A DNA stretch of 51,703 bases, filler included, from Catajapyx aquilonaris (GCA_000934665.2; 2 parts of 2 records of this genome joined end to end with filler, not necessarily neighbours in it), one strand, 5' to 3'. Shown: positions 25,101-38,500, counted from the whole stretch's first letter. The notes: generated by a model not told the origin, from the sequence alone. Numbers and translations are program-made.

Positions 25101-25425
25101 TTTTTTTTGCATTACCCCATTGGGAGTTACATATCCTTTAGGGGGGTGGAATACCACCATCTGGGTGGAACTGGTATACTAAGATAGTATTTAGTGTGTT
25201 CCAAGGGTAGGTAGGAGGGGATGTGCAAAGTGCGTGTGCACAGACGTTGATGTGCCGTTTTGTGAACTCCCCCGGGTGGCATATGTGAAAGGATCGCCAC
25301 CCGAAACGAAGCCAGAGACGGTCTTACTCTGCGCGAGATGAAGGGGGGAACCCCGGGTTGGGATCGAACCCGGGACCTTAACATCCGCGGGCGCATACGT
25401 TACCGCAGCGCCACTTCGCCTCCCC
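25099..25425 (-). mobile_element. tRNA-derived SINE (family B) inside a (TTA)n microsatellite
   Basis: Minus strand GGGGAGGCGAAGTGGCGCTGCGG (A box), then GGTTCGATCC (B box), and a short poly-A tail. (TTA)n lies on both sides. Confidence 0.8.
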
Positions 25426-25482
<57 letters not shown>

Positions 25483-25522
25483 CATGGTTACGCCTGGGAC
25501 CTGCTGCGAGTGCCTGACCTTC

Positions 25523-25622
25523 NNNNNNNNNNNNNNNNNNNNNNNNNNNNNNNNNNNNNNNNNNNNTTAATTAATTAANNNNNNNNNNNNNNNNNNNNNN
25601 NNNNNNNNNNNNNNNNNNNNNN
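25523..25622. other. Assembly gap: 44 N + TTAATTAATTAA + 44 N
   Basis: Symmetric 100-bp spacer with a six-frame stop linker. Confidence 0.97.
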
Positions 25623-27048
25623 AGATAAACGCGTAATCATCCGAAAAAGGCCACCTCTAGCTCAAGGACACGCGCCAAGGCCCATATTGCTTGTTTAAAA
25701 GAGGGAGGAATGACCTTGCCTTGACAATTCTCAAAATGCAGCTACTAATAATCTCCCTTGCATTCACACGTGTTTATCTCTCTCTCTCCCCCCTCCCCGC
25801 TTACCACCACCCAAAAGACTCCCACCATCGCCCCTTCCTCGCCTAATCAGCACCCCCCCTCCCCCCCACCGATGAAAATTCGAGCACGTGTCATAAGGTC
25901 GCGGGAGGAAAGCTGTCGAAGGCACTCGCCCAAATCACCTGCACCTGGCACACTGATTGGCGGGAGAAAAAGTCGCGGACGATTCCATAACAGTCCGATA
26001 ATCTTTTTGACCGTGATAGTACACTGTATGGTTACGCCTGGAATCGTCTGCAAGCAACTGACCAGCGTTCCAGATATTTTTCTCTTTGGTCATAATGAGA
26101 TGTCCTGGAGAACCGCAAGTTGCACTAATTTTAGTTCAGTCTCTTTCCTAGGTTCTAAGAATGTTCGAAGTTAGGGGGCAGGTAGTAAGAGGAGGGTGAA
26201 AAAAATAATAATGAGGTTAAGTGGGCTCATACAGTCGATCCGACTCCGACGTCCACCGAATTCGACCATCGACCGGTCTGTGTAAATGGCATTCCGTGTC
26301 AGAGCCAGGCAGGCCAGCTCAAGTCACCCAGGCAGTGTCGGAGATGAGGCAAGACGTTGGATTGACTGTGTGAATGACTGTCCGACTCATCGCAGCTCTC
26401 TGATTAGCTACTGCGGTCTTCTAGTCGAACTCGACGCCCCCCCACACCACCTTCACCTCCACCTTTTTTTAGTAAACAAACTTTGCCCCCACCCTCAACC
26501 TCAAACAAGTCCGTTTTTCGTCTAATAATATACTACATTATTATCATATGGGGTGGTGATAATAAAATTGATCGTGTACTTACAGCTATCATAGAAACGC
26601 CAAATTTAGCATAAAAATAGGTTGCGGTCTGGGACACTAGTGAAAAGTCCGAAACAGGATGATTCTAGATGGTGGGCATTTCAAGACTTTAAAAATTCGT
26701 AAATCAGCCATTATTGATCGCAGAGACATAATGCAAACTGATCTGAAATCTTCAAAACACGGGGTACTAATTAATATATAAACATTAGGAATCGGACATC
26801 TTGATTCCAGATGGCAGCTTTTTAATAACTTTAAACAGCCATTATTAATTCCTTAGGTCACTCGGAACGCATAATGACCAATCATTTTGCATGAAATTTG
26901 TTTTTAACCTCGGGGCAGTCAAAAAAACCAAATTCCTCGAAATATAGGGGTCATTCCGAATCAAGTGGGCCTAAATGTTGCTCGGCCAACTCGGATTTTG
27001 CTTAAAATAATCACAGCTTACATACACAACTATGCCATAGCTCTGCAA

Positions 27049-27676
<628 letters not shown>

Positions 27677-28130
27677 GGAATGTGATGAACACCTGAAAAG
27701 GTAGCTAAGCTGTAAATTGCAGCAGTGCAAGGGGTTGGGTTTGGTAGGAGGGGAGCAGTGATGTATTTAGGTTTTTGCCGCCCCTATGCATAACCTTATC
27801 TGCCCCGTTTCATGGCTGATTTTTATTCCGAAATTTACCGATTTCAAGACCAAATATATCGGAAATTGTTATTTCAAAACATTTTGAATTTTGGTAATGA
27901 ATAGTCCTACTAGTACCAAAATCCAGGGAATTTCATATTGGGGTTTACACTTTTTAATGCAGATCCAAGTGAATCGGCCGATGCGCAGACCAGTAAGGGC
28001 GAAAGTCGCGTGTAGGTCCTGCACAGAGCCCCACGGAACATACCCTTTCTGTTGATCAATTTCCTTGAATTATTTATTGAACATCTGTTGAACAAACATT
28101 TCATCTGGCAAGACCTCTAGTCAGGAAGTA

Positions 28131-28291
28131 CATGTGAGCGATCTGATCGCCGGCGATAACAACTCTGAGTAACGCGAGTAACCAGTATTGTTTGAGGCGA
28201 AAATCGATATAGTTACTTGCACCTCAAACAATATTGGTTACGTTACTTGGCGATGACTTCTCTCCGCTTCGCTTGTCAAATCGCTCACATG
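28131..28291. mobile_element. Small hairpin MITE-like element
   Basis: CATGTGAGCGAT/ATCGCTCACATG ends and an inner TAACCAGTATTGTTTGAGG/CCTCAAACAATATTGGTTA pair. Confidence 0.55.
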
Positions 28292-29148
28292 GGTCATTCC
28301 ACGTCAGTTCGGCACGATATTAGCCCTTGGTATCTCGAATTTCGTTCAGACTTTTTTTAAATGGACGTACTCCACCCCAAACAAATGTGGCCTAGGCCAT
28401 TCATCCGAAGAAAAGAAAAAAATAACAACGGAACTACGGGCGACGAAAGATTATCGATTTTATCGTTTTTGGCGCTGTGCGGTATCCGAAAAGTGACGAT
28501 ATCTCCCTTAATATCCATCTTAGAGAGATGTACTGTACAGTACATAGGGACTTAAATTAATTGGAGATGTGCACGGAATATACTAAGGCCACCAAATATA
28601 TTTTTATGTAATATATTTAAAAATTTACGGTAAATTTTAAACTTTGAATTTACTTTTCCAAAAAGAATATTTTTATGTATTTTTTTATTTTTCCCTTACA
28701 TAAATATATAGTCCATTGTGTTAATTATCCCGTTAAAATGTCGATGGGCAATTCATAATTGGTCGAGATAAAAATTATCGAAATTGAAGGTACACCGCTC
28801 CTGCATATCTCGCTAGTGTCTTGAACGAACATTCATTGGGTATATTTTGGCCAGTAAACAGGTTTAACTCATGATGTATGTCTGGTGACTAATTTCTTTA
28901 AACATTACAGATTCTTAACCAATTAATACTTTAGTCATTCAATTATTTTTCAATGATTTTGTCAGTTATTATAATTACCATTAAGTAATGGTAAGGCTAC
29001 TCTTCAAATCCAGATATGGCGCTACGCCCGTTTTGGCCTTGGAGGCCCGTAATTGCGGGTTGGCTACCTTGAAGCGAGTGAAGTCTTTTCTGAGCGCGCG
29101 CACTATGCTTCTCAGGAGGATATGTGTCAAATATTAACTATGCGTATG

Positions 29149-29489
29149 TAGTGTTGCGCAAACATCACCTCTTCTGCTAATTTCCAGGTAAAAATACTAA
29201 CTAAATGCGACATTCCGAAGCCACAACACCTACCAGCCGGTCGAGGGTCGCAGAGATTGTATCGCGCTCTAGGGTGGCGCAAGTAGAATATGACGTCACA
29301 CGCTTCGAAATCGATTTTGGGGAGCAATTTATGAATCAAGCTTAATCAATCATTTATATATCACTGATCAGTCGCGACGACCCGCGACCGTATGCAGGAG
29401 TTGTGGCTTCGGAATATAGCTCTTTTGGCTTGTATTTTGACCCTGCTAATGTGAAAATTAGCAGCAGAGGTGATGTTTGCACAACACTA
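29149..29489. mobile_element. MITE-like inverted repeat element
   Basis: TAGTGTTGCGCAAACATCACCTCTTCTGCTAATTT pairs with AAATTAGCAGCAGAGGTGATGTTTGCACAACACTA. Confidence 0.6.
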
Positions 29490-30401
29490 TAGCTCAAGCA
29501 GAATTAGAAAATCTTTTTTCTTTCTTTCAATATTTAGGAGGGTAAGAAGAGTTACTTTGGTTGTCAGACATCACTCATGTAATTGGTCGCCACTATAACC
29601 TGAGAAGATAAGTCGGTAATATGTGTCCACACACATGGCTGTACAGTACATAGGTGATGACTTCCTCCTTCTGGGAGGGAATGGCCCTGTCATCATTGCC
29701 CATGGAGTTTGGTTTTCCTTTTCTCGTGGCTCTTCTTAAATCCATCTGGCTGACCAAAAAAGTCAAGAGCTCCTTGTATTGACAACTTCAACCTTGCTTT
29801 TTCAACCTGGGCCTCAAAAAAGACAAGCGTTTCTACCTACAAATGCTTTATTCAATATTACTATACCATACCAGCTACAATTATGTTAAACGAACAATAT
29901 TTGCCCAAGACTCTCCCCTAGCGTGATACTGAATTGCACAGATCAAATTGCACACCCTGGTCATTCAATCCTCACTCAGTTGCTACCCTCCTCTTTTCCT
30001 TTCCCCATATCCCCAATGCATACGTATATGACACACATCCATCAAAGATGCCCCCTGAACAGTTCAGAAAAAAAACTAACTACTGTAGTGAACAAGGTAT
30101 GTGTCAATGAGTTCTCATGCCTTCAATAGGTAGGTGATGGCCGTGGAGACGAGAGACAACTGATTGTAGGCCTAAGCACATTCCCACAGTGTCTGTTTAA
30201 CACATATCAGCACACGGTTACATTCTCCTTGCTGAGTACAAAGTTGGGGCCTATTCAACACTTGGTAGGATCACATGAAACCAATGATGGGATGACTGGT
30301 AACTCAGTTCACATCTCCTGTTTGGGATTCCTCACACCTCATGCAGTCTATAACTAATGCAACACATGTGTGAATGGGGCCTTGACGAAATATCACTTTT
30401 C

Positions 30402-31736
30402 TCATCTGTGCCTTCTAACAACATGAAGTTTCAAAGTACCTGACCGACTAAACTTTTTCTTGCAAACCTGACATCTGTATGGCTTCTCCCCTGTATGGGT
30501 TCTCATGTGAGTATTGAAATTTCCTGACGCACTAAACATTTTCTTGCACACCGGGCAACTGTATGGCTTCTCCCCCGTATGGGTTCTCATGTGAGTATTG
30601 AAATTTCCTGACGCACTAAACATTTTCTTGCACACCGGGCAACTGTATGGCTTCTCCCCCGTATGGGTTCTCATGTGTTTATTCAAATTTCCTGACATAG
30701 TAAACTTTTGTTTGCAAATTATGCAACTGAATGGCTTCTTACCTGTGTGAGTCCTCATGTGGTTATTGAAACTTCCTGACTGACTAAACCTTTTCTTGCA
30801 AACCTGGCAACTGAATGGCCTCTCCCCTGTGTGGGTTCTCTTGTGTTTATTCAAATCACCTGATCCACTAAACTTTTGTTTGCAAATTATGCAACTAAAT
30901 GGCTTCTCCCCTGTGTGGGTTCTCATGTGTAACTTTAAATTTCCTGAAGCACTGAACTTTTTCTCACAAACCTGGCAACTGAGTGACTTCTCCCCCTTGT
31001 GTACAAACCTCACATGCTTATTCAAATATTCTGTTAGACTAAACTTCTTCTTGCAAATCTGGCAACTGAATGGCTTCTCCCCCTTGTGAACAACCCTCAC
31101 ATGCTTATTCAAATTTCCTGCTAGACTAAACTTCTTCTTGCAAATCTGGCAACTGAATGGCTTCTCCCCTGTGTGGGTTCTCATGTGGTTATTCAAAGTT
31201 CCTGAGCGACTAAACGTTTGTTTGCAAATTATACAACTGAATGGCTTCTCCCCTGTGTGGGTTCTCATGTGTACCTTTAAATGTCCTGACTGACTCCACT
31301 TCTTCTTGCAAATCTGGCAACTGAATGGCTTCTCCCCCTTGTGAACAAACCTCATATGCTTATTCAAATATCCTGTTAGACTAAACTTTTTCTTGCAAAG
31401 CTGGCAACTGTATGGCTTCTTATCTGTGTGAAGCCTCTTGTGGTTTTTCAAAGTTCCTGACTCACTAAACTTTTTCTTGCAAAGCTGGCAACTGAATGGC
31501 TTCTCCCCAGTGTGCACCCGCATGTGGTTATTCAAATGTCCTGAAAGACTAAACTTTTTCTCACAAACCTTGCAACTGTATGGCTTCTCCCCAGTGTGAG
31601 TTCTCATGTGAGTTTGCAAATTACTCCAGTGACTAAACTCCCTCTTGCAAATATGACAAACCTGCCTCCCGAAGTGTCTCCCCTTGTGCATGTCTTGCTG
31701 GGTCCCGTTCTGGATGTTGTCTTCAGTACCCTTCCC
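30402..31736 (-). CDS. C2H2 zinc-finger gene A, last exon (15 tandem fingers)
   Basis: Acceptor TTTCAG|GGG, phase 0. Fifteen CxxC...HxxxH units with TGEKP-type linkers; TGA stop. Confidence 0.93.
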   Translation of the reverse strand, partial: GKGTEDNIQNGTQQDMHKGRHFGRQVCHICKREFSHWSNLQTHMRTHTGEKPYSCKVCEKKFSLSGHLNNHMRVHTGEKPFSCQLCKKKFSESGTLKNHKRLHTDKKPYSCQLCKKKFSLTGYLNKHMRFVHKGEKPFSCQICKKKWSQSGHLKVHMRTHTGEKPFSCIICKQTFSRSGTLNNHMRTHTGEKPFSCQICKKKFSLAGNLNKHVRVVHKGEKPFSCQICKKKFSLTEYLNKHVRFVHKGEKSLSCQVCEKKFSASGNLKLHMRTHTGEKPFSCIICKQKFSGSGDLNKHKRTHTGERPFSCQVCKKRFSQSGSFNNHMRTHTGKKPFSCIICKQKFTMSGNLNKHMRTHTGEKPYSCPVCKKMFSASGNFNTHMRTHTGEKPYSCPVCKKMFSASGNFNTHMRTHTGEKPYRCQVCKKKFSRSGTLKLHVVRRHR

Positions 31737-32395
31737 CTGAAATAAATGCAAGTGTACATGAAGGGAGATGTTGGGACATGGTTTTACAATCACACAAGAT
31801 AATTACTCAGGCATTTCATCTGCAATGGGCCACCTTTTCCTTTCATGCTAGCTAATTATCAATACAAGAATTCTAGCAGGATTACTTTTGCAGTGGTCCA
31901 CCATAATATTTAGTGTTGCTGGAAACAATTACCAGCATAACATGGGACTTCCTGAATGAAGATATCATAATTGTAGCAGTTATGTTAACTGCTATTTACT
32001 TGTACTAAGCCACTAAGGTTATTTTCTCCACCTACAGTTTTACGGCAGCAGCAAAAAGAAACACCGGAAAACAGTGCATAATAATAATTTGTGTATTTTA
32101 TTTCACCTTTTAATTGATCAATTTATTATTCAGTGTCTCAAGTAGGATTCAGTCTAGAGGATTGCAGTTATGTCACCTCCTCTGCCACTCAATATTTCAT
32201 TTGCTGTGCTCTTGCTCTGGGAATCAGTGTTTGTTTCCCCTCCACTGCAAATTATATGGCTACGTTATGACAGCATTTCGAAGTTGGACACAATATACTA
32301 GTACCTTTATAATCTCTACAACTTTGATGCATCATGCACAACTGTCTCTTGGATTGAATACATTGCATAATACATAATGTCATAATGATATACTG

Positions 32396-32740
32396 AAAAT
32401 ATGGGGCACATTGTGAGAGACTGCAGGGTAATGAGGGAGGAGAGGAGGAATGGATACCGGCAGTGGAAGGGATGGAGGATGAAGAGGTGTATGGGATTGT
32501 AAAGAATGTAAAAAAAAGGGGAGCTCTGTGTAAATATTTGTATGGTATGGTGAAAAAGAGGAGGGATGCAATTTTGGAAAGACAGGGGGAGGGGTTGAGT
32601 GAGAATGGAAGTATGTAAATGCAAATGTAAATGGAATTATGTAAATGTAAATATAATAAAGTGAAGGAGGAGGAGGGTCGCCCAAGCGGCATGTACTGCA
32701 GGCCGACAAAGGATAAATAAAGAAAAAACAAACAAACAAA
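32396..32740 (+). mobile_element. 5'-truncated non-LTR retroelement 3' end, in an intron of ZF gene A
   Basis: 15-bp TSD CATAAYGATATACTG (32381-95, 32741-55), AATAAA plus (AAAC)n tail, and ENMGHIVRDC zinc-knuckle-like remnant. Absent from copy B. Confidence 0.8.
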
Positions 32741-32967
32741 CATAACGATATACTGGCTGGCACACACCCTTATTCAGACCATAACAGGCCTTTCTCTGTG
32801 ACACAAGTTCCAAGCCATCACTTCGTCAGCACAGAGCATTTTCAGACTCTCTGCCTTAGCTCACTGATTACGGTTTACCCAGATTGAACAAATTCTACCA
32901 TTCATTCAAGTTATTAGCTCTTGATTCAATTCATTCTTCAATTAATAAATAGGTACAGTACCATACT

Positions 32968-33093
32968 CTGCCGTCCCGCGGAAAAAAGCAGTATCAGCAA
33001 AACCGTTAGTCGACTTTCCAGTGCTCTAGCACTCTAGCAGTAGTCACGGACTAACGGTTTTGCAGATACCGTTTTTTTTCTGCAGGACAGCAG
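32968..33093. mobile_element. Small hairpin MITE, specific to copy A
   Basis: CTGCCGTCC...GCAAAACCGTTAGTC pairs with GACTAACGGTTTTGC...GGACAGCAG. Confidence 0.65.
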
Positions 33094-33190
33094 TACTAGT
33101 GACTAATACAATAGACACTGGTTTGATTTGAACCTAACTAAAGTAACTTAACCTAACTAAAAGAACTAACACATTGATATATTGCTTTAC

Positions 33191-33313
33191 CTGAAGCTCT
33201 GGATAAATGTGCTTCTTCAACATGTGCAATTCCAGGCCCTTCTTTGTGGCAAATGCACCGTTGCAATGGGCACAGTAGAGAAGCTGGTACATCAAAATGA
33301 AGGGTTCCAATAT
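33191..33313 (-). CDS. C2H2 zinc-finger gene A, middle exon (single finger)
   Basis: Acceptor TTGCAG|ATA and donor CAG|GTAAAG, 123 nt, phase 0/0. Translates YCAHCNGAFATKKGLELHMLKKH. Conserved in copy B. Confidence 0.85.
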
Positions 33314-33552
33314 CTGCAATGAGAAGATGAAAAATTGACCTTACAGATTATAATTAACAATGAATGATCTAACGTGATGCCAAAACACTGCATATCAAGT
33401 TTCAGCCAAATTGCGAAATACCGTGGGGAGGAAAAATGACGCGAAATTTTGAAAATGGGGCCTTTTTCGGATAATTTGTTTCAATTATTGGATGGTCAGT
33501 TATCGGAAGTGGTCAAAACCCAATCAACATATACAGGGTTTGGACAAAATAA

Positions 33553-33757
33553 TCCTAACCATGGTTTTCTGTGGTTTCCCACGATCCCCCAAGGAGAATT
33601 CCGGAATTGCTTCCTAAATAATATCCCACAGCCGCTTCCTTCCATCCCTATCCCAAAAAGCATGGTAAAAATGGAAGCAAAGAGTTCCAGTCAACACTAA
33701 ATTGGGATGAACTCCCTCCCCCCCAAAGAGCCGCCGGCTGATAACGGGGTATGAATT
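33553..33757 (+). mobile_element. SINE body fragment (third family)
   Basis: GGTTTTCTGTGGTTTCCC...CCGCTTCCTTCC core resembles that of common insect SINEs; the 3' end TGATAACGGGGTAT resembles the family A tail. Confidence 0.5.
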
Positions 33758-33815
33758 ATATGAAAATAGTGTGATAAGATGACTCTGGATATAACAGCCT
33801 CAGCTTGAAAGGTTA

Positions 33816-35053
33816 GGCCGAGCGCAAATCATGCAATGAAGGTGCGACGTCGTCCCGATTTGTTGCATCAAGACAGGATGCGCGCACGCAGCTGGCAAGT
33901 GTATCTCTACCCACTTTCGAATGACGTCAGAGCGGGCAAACCACCCGCTTCAAGGCACTTGCAAGCGCACGTTTTGCTCCAACCCGCTGCTTTGAGAACG
34001 GACCTTTAGGCACATTGCACACCCGGCTCAAATCATGCAATTTCGATGCGATCTCAGGCACGGAATTCCAGTTCAGTACTCCATCATTTTAGCCACGTAA
34101 TAATGCTCACAGTTCATGAATGAGGTCATTCTTGATCACTGTTTGTGTACTATCCACGTTCCATGGGCAACCGGTACTGGTACGATGTCACCGGTACGTC
34201 ACATACTTTGGTACAGTATAGCCTAGTATTTACTCATTGCCAGCAAGTCACAACATTAGCACTGGGGCTCCCGAACACTCGTAAGGCCCCCAGGCAACTG
34301 GGCAGGTTGCTCTAAGTTAAGGGGGCGCATTAGCAAAAAAATACGGTAACAATCGGTAACAATGCGAGCCCTTGGCAACCACGTAAACAAACTCGTGTAT
34401 ATGCATGGGCAGCATATGGGGATTCGACATGTCTACGCTTCTGCGGCCGTACGGCTGCAAAAATGGGGCAATGGACACATAAATTACACCAAAAAATAGG
34501 ACATGATCTGGTTCAGGGCACCTTCGTCGTCATTTTACAATTTTCGGCCTAGAAGTGACCTTTTCATCTAGTTGAAGTGAAAGGAAAATGCCGTTCCCGA
34601 GAAGCCCATTTGAATAACATGGCGGCAGGAACGCGACAAAGTCGGGAACGCTTCTGCGCCCGTATGTCCACAATTTTAATGGAATCATATCGAGTATGGT
34701 ACCATAGTGAAGGCCAAACCTTTGCGCAGGGCACCTTCGTCGCGATTTTTTCGATTAACCGTGTGTTTCGCCACAAAAAATAAAATTCCCTCAAAAATGC
34801 GCCTACCGTATTTTTACTAATGCGCCCCCTTTAAGGCAGCCCTCCTTACAACAGTCTGTATCAAACATTCTCCGAGATTCACTCCGACCTGGGCGCCGCC
34901 ATGTTGAAAATTAAATGCGATGTGAGGGAGTTTTCAAGCAGTGCTGGAAACCTGCATCATCCCTGCGACTTTGCAGGTAAGCGGCGGGTGCATCCTTCGC
35001 ATGCAACCAGCTACTGCAACATAGCACCGAAATTGCATGATATGCGCTCAGCC
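33816..35053. mobile_element. PIF/Harbinger-like non-autonomous element
   Basis: TTA|GGCCGAGCGCAAATCATGCAAT...ATTGCATGATATGCGCTCAGCC|TTA. Confidence 0.8.
34321..34830. mobile_element. Kolobok-like MITE (TTAA TSD, purine-starting termini)
   Basis: TTAA|GGGGGCGCATTAGCAAAAAAATACGGTA...TACCGTATTTTTACTAATGCGCCCCCT|TTAA. Confidence 0.75.
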
Positions 35054-35245
35054 TTAGCCCCAGCTTACTCCCATAATATGGCCTGCGTATCTGGCCATAA
35101 AATTCCCAATCCCTTGAAGTCTGTTATATCCTGAGTCTTCCACTAAAAATGACCATGAAACAATGAAATTGATTCTTGAGTCCAGTCTTTCAGTCTGTTA
35201 CAACTGTTGGCACCCGAGTTCTCATCCCATCATGCCCAATCTCAC

Positions 35246-35569
35246 CTGGTCCTGTCTTCCTCCGTCTCCACCCCCTGACGTCTCCTCCTCCCTGTCTGGA
35301 TGAGCCTGTCCGCTGTTGCCCTCCTCCTCCTCCTTCCGTGGCTCCTCCTTGACCCTCACCGTAGTACCTCTTCCTGCCTCCCACCTTCTCTTGGCCTCCT
35401 CAGTGTTGAAGGTGATGGTGGCCGGCTCCACTGGCTCCTCCTGGACCTCCACCTTGACCCTGTCCCACCTGGAGTGAGTGAAGCTGTGCGCCATCAGGTC
35501 AATCTTCCTCTTGAACACCCTGTTGGGGCATTGGGTACAGGGGAACCTGCCCAGTTTAAGCATCTCCAT
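35246..35569 (-). CDS. C2H2 zinc-finger gene A, probable first coding exon
   Basis: GCCATGG start, finger-like FPCTQCPNRVFKRKIDLMAHSFTH, and VKVE/VKEEP motifs. Donor CAG|GTGAGA is phase 0. Predicted product ~593 aa; the frame stays open upstream, so the start is uncertain. Confidence 0.72.
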
Positions 35570-38500
35570 GGCTGATGGGACGGGGGATGGGTGTCTCCTC
35601 GGGGCACTCTCCTCTAACTCTGCCCCTTTGTCTGGAGACCAAGTCCCCCTCCTCCTGAGACCCCAGAGCAGGCAGCAACAATCCTCCTTCCAACCAGACC
35701 TCGACAACACGTCGTAACAATCAGCAGGCTTCCTTCCCAGTTTCTCACAAAGACCAAAAAGACAACCCGATCCAGAGAGTTCCCCTTCCCTCCGCCACGA
35801 AGGGTGGTTGTGGCGCCACTGGTTGGAATCCACTCCACCTTAAGACTCCACCACGCGTGACAGCTGAGGACATCTGACGGGGAAAAGACGCAACCATCCA
35901 CCAACGCCTCTTATTTAAAACAGGATACCCGGCTTTTCCATTGCATTGGAGCGCATTGGAGTGACTCATTGATTTGGTAGTTACCTTTGAAGTAATTAGG
36001 GCCATACAATATTGGCATACTTGTAACATGGAGCATATTGCATGTGCATGAAGTCCAATCAACAAACGGAACCACTCATTCCAAAAGCACCGATAAGGAC
36101 TCGGTTCAAGAATGTACCATGACACAGGTCTTGTCGTCCTGACCCATGCACTACACGTACGTACAGTCTACAGTGTGACAGTGTCAGGAGTCACACCGCA
36201 TCATGTGGGACAAAGCAGTTACATAATAGCAAGAACTGAAGAAATAGGTGCTGTAGGCCTAAATGTAACATTGTGGCAGTAGCTTCAAATACGATGCATT
36301 GCATCCTCTCGTAGTACTGGACAAACCCGAGAAATTGCAAGTCAAGGCTACACCCAATTCATCAGCCTATTTAAAATGGGATTTGACATCCTGATGAAGC
36401 ACCGAGATGAGTGTCACGGTACTGGGTGACAGTAGGGCGGTTCCATTTCAGATCAGCCGGTGAGTGAAAAAAGGTGTCAGGTCATAGTCATCGATTTTTT
36501 GGGGGGGGAAAAGTATATGTGAAACCCACATCCAATCGAAGTCTTATGGATCAATCAGTTTCACGAGATTAAATTTAGTTATCGAGATATTAATATTTCT
36601 TTCAAGGGGCACCAAAATCACAATCACCGGAAGATGCACTTTTTCCATTGCTTTCAATGAGTACATTTCGGGAACTGTTCTGAAAACCAACATGAAATTT
36701 TAAATTCACGATTTTGGAATAATGCACTGTTATGTAATCCATAAATGTGCCTTATTTAATGGTACAGTCACCTTCCAAAAAATCTCCAATCTTGCATATT
36801 TTGGGGAAAATGCGCATATTTCGCAATTTAATACACCGTCATGGTAAACGTGACGGTTGTGCTGATTATATTTTGTGATAATACTCGGTGACCCCTTACA
36901 GGTTATGAAATAAAACCTTCGTTAGCTCGGCGTGTAGTTGAGTGTGACCCGAGCGGTTGGATCACACGGAAGAATAACGCAGTGGGTATGTTCAAGTACA
37001 ATACTTATTTTATTTGGCTCGTGAGGCGATAGGTACGAAATGCAAAAGGTGAACGGTAGTAACGGAAAGAGAGTGAGGAATGTCCAGAGGAGCGGTCCGA
37101 CCAAGTGCCTGGATATTCTCCTGGGCAGTGCCGCAGTGGGCACTGGCCTCGAGGCTCGAGTAGTGGGCCATCATAGCTAGAGGGTGGCCAACTTGGAGGA
37201 TGTTTTTTTATTGGCTACGGCCGTCACGTGGGTTATGGACGCCATGTTTTGTCGTCTCGGACCGCGGGAATAGGCGGCCCCAAATCCCAAATCCCAGACC
37301 AAGGCTAGTTCCCCATTCCTGTCCGTCGTTTACGCTACTAAAATCAAACAATGCATTGTATGTGGCACATTCTACAATCACACTGCTGTGAACAAACTGG
37401 CATTATGGGGCATATTCATAACATAGTGTTGTTCTGAAGATACAACACAAAATGTTGTAACCGAGGTTGTAACATTGGTGGTAACACTGGCCGTCTTTAA
37501 TGCATTTGATTTCTGCTGACCTATTAACTTATGTTTTTTGAAAACAGTCACATATTTGTATAATTGAAGGGGTCGGTGCAATACCGCCCTAACCCACCAA
37601 ATGACACATATTGAGTTAAGCACACTTCCATGTACTACACTCATGTATCTAATATAAGCCATTGAAATTGTGCAGTTTCTGCCATCGGTCACTGAGAAAT
37701 AAAATGAAATAAGTCACATGGTATATGGGATGTATATGGCCTCTCAAACTTTCAACTGCAGTTTTCTCAAAATCAGGTTTGGGAGGGTTAGGGCAGGATT
37801 GCACCGACCCCTTCAATGGGGAAGTAGCCTTCATTTTAGAAACTACATAATAAATTCGCCCATATTTTTTTGATTTTTTTGGCGTATTCCGTTTTAAGAT
37901 ATCAGTTTCAGTTCCGGAGTAATTGGCGTTTTTTCGTAGGCAAATGGTGACGTCACTGTTTGCCTGGAAAATGTTGACGTCACGCGAAGTGAAATGAACG
38001 CAAAAATGATGTTATGGAACGCGCCCCGTCATTGTTGTAAAATGCTTCGCTGTTGTCAGCAACCAGCTCACGGACACTTATACTACGTTCTGGCGTTATC
38101 ACCTGCCGAGGGATTACGCACCGGGTGCCCACTTGAGATCGCTACGAGACATTTCCCAAGGCTATCATGTGGCGACCCTACCGGACTAAGGCTGAACTTT
38201 ACAGGTACGAAGGGGAGGGCTACATTGGGGGGCCCAACATGTTGGGCCAGCATGTAGGCGAGTTTGCATCGGACTTTTCGTCGGACACGTAATCAGTTAG
38301 TGACCCATTGCCAATGAGGGGTAAAAGTTTCGTTGCTTTTATTGGGGGGGGGGGGAGACAGAGCNGGGGGGGGAGACAGAGCGTGAAGTAATTTATGATG
38401 GGGGTCCTCTCCCAGTTTCTTTATCCGGTACGGCGCGGCGCGGCGCAGCCAAAATTGTCTGGTTGATGCACTTTATGGACGATCTGAACCTTGTAGTAGA

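Larger units (their letters stand above)
33781..35137. mobile_element. Outer MITE of a three-level nest
   Basis: GACTCTGGATATAACAG pairs with CTGTTATATCCTGAGTC. Confidence 0.6.

Noticed and set aside
25523..25622. TTAATTAATTAA island inside Ns
   Set aside because: Artificial six-frame-stop scaffold linker. Adjacency across it is not guaranteed.
36874..37382. Possible solo LTR (TGTGAT...ATCACA)
   Set aside because: No matching TSD, PBS or second copy found.
38344..38383. Direct repeat GGGGGGGGGAGACAGAGC around a single N
   Set aside because: Looks like an unmerged contig overlap.
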